A DNA stretch of 62,374 bases, the filler included. It is 8 parts of 8 records of this genome, joined end to end, with 100 filler letters (N's around TTAATTAATTAA, not from the genome) between each part and the next. Parts side by side here need not be neighbours in the genome. Positions count along the whole stretch, not along the records: positions 54,461 to 62,374 come from SRR31147125_31261; 7 more parts are not named here. One strand, written 5' to 3'. Below the pieces are notes generated by a model, which saw nothing but the letters and a program-made list of their open reading frames with translations, did no database searches and had not been told where the DNA came from. Position numbers and translations under genes: made by a program. Shown in pieces: positions 61,708 to 62,374 of the stretch (its first letter is position 1; each line of letters starts with the position of its first letter).

Positions 61708-62352
61708 ATGATAAATAAGAATACACAAATCGGAGATATAATAACTTTTGATGAACACCAGTATAAGGTAGTCGATAACAGAATAAAAAAAGGTAAGGAC
61801 AAGAAAAAAGCATTTATAGCGATTAACCTAATAGCTATACTTTTAATTCCTGCTACTTATATAATTTACTTTGCATCACTTATTATAACGGGAACCAATT
61901 CTCAAAGCTATGAGGTAAATTTACTTGATACTATAGTTAATTTTTTGATTTTTGTAGTATCTTATTTAGTTTTTATAGTAGCACATGAATATGTTCATTA
62001 TTTAGCTTATAGATATTTTGGTAATACACCAAAAGATAAATTAAAATTCGGAGTAGTTTTAAAATCAGGTATGGCATACTGTATATCATTAGTTCCTAAT
62101 ACTTTAAAAGCATCCCGTTTATCATTGATGATGCCCCTATATGTTTTAGTTATACCAATAATTATTATAGCTATATTACTGCAAAATGGATTCTTAATAT
62201 TTTTAGCTGCAATGTTTGCAAGCGGAAGCGGCGGTGACATATGGTATATATGGACATTACGAAAAGATAGCAAAGACAAATATATCATCGAAGCTATGCC
62301 TGAAGATGACGGATATGAAATAGGGTATTTAGTTTTCGAGAAAGTTTATTAA
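61708..62352 (+). CDS. DUF3267-like membrane zincin metallopeptidase
   Basis: HEYVH at the end of a TM helix, KFG....G.AYC, MP and GSGGD. Confidence 0.8.
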   Translation: MINKNTQIGDIITFDEHQYKVVDNRIKKGKDKKKAFIAINLIAILLIPATYIIYFASLIITGTNSQSYEVNLLDTIVNFLIFVVSYLVFIVAHEYVHYLAYRYFGNTPKDKLKFGVVLKSGMAYCISLVPNTLKASRLSLMMPLYVLVIPIIIIAILLQNGFLIFLAAMFASGSGGDIWYIWTLRKDSKDKYIIEAMPEDDGYEIGYLVFEKVY

Positions 62353-62374
62353 ATGGGCTTGTTGAGTAATAATA

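Overview
This window is not one locus. It is eight contigs joined by 100-bp artificial linkers (N44-TTAATTAATTAA-N44), and gene content and composition suggest several different bacteria. (1) 1-14362: a TonB-dependent receptor, a Tat sulfatase and an uncharacterised co-oriented catabolic cluster (NagX/DUF5009, aldehyde dehydrogenase, D-TA/DSD1 PLP enzyme, DUF3830, 3-hydroxyacyl-CoA dehydrogenase-like protein, Na+/solute symporter with a small partner, PIG-L deacetylase, NHL protein), then a SLOG-like gene. (2) 14463-19901: alternative complex III actA/actB, a frameshifted heme O synthase, glutamate dehydrogenase, hslR and the end of ftsH. (3) 20002-25812: a Bacteroidota susC-susD-GH78 locus. 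(4) 25913-35888: Nif3, REP-like palindromes, a probably leaderless trpR with its own operator, an orphan gene, the lysine-fermentation genes kdd-kamA-kamD-kamE-kal, a DAGK-family kinase and an M42 peptidase. (5) 35989-41367: tolB-pal-cpoB-ruvC-ruvA-ruvB-DUF62. (6) 41468-47774: smc-ftsY, a Lys-rich small protein and coaX. (7) 47875-54360: two ~1000-aa acidic beta-helix-like lipoproteins with PEGME repeats. (8) 54461-62374: two alkaline-phosphatase paralogs, DUF4153, rny and DUF3267. Several genes carry single-base indels at base runs, most likely sequencing errors. The best candidates for new biology are the contig-1 catabolic operon, the TrpR/operator module possibly linked to lysine fermentation, and the PEGME-repeat lipoprotein pair. 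All family calls come from motif recognition by eye; no database search was run.
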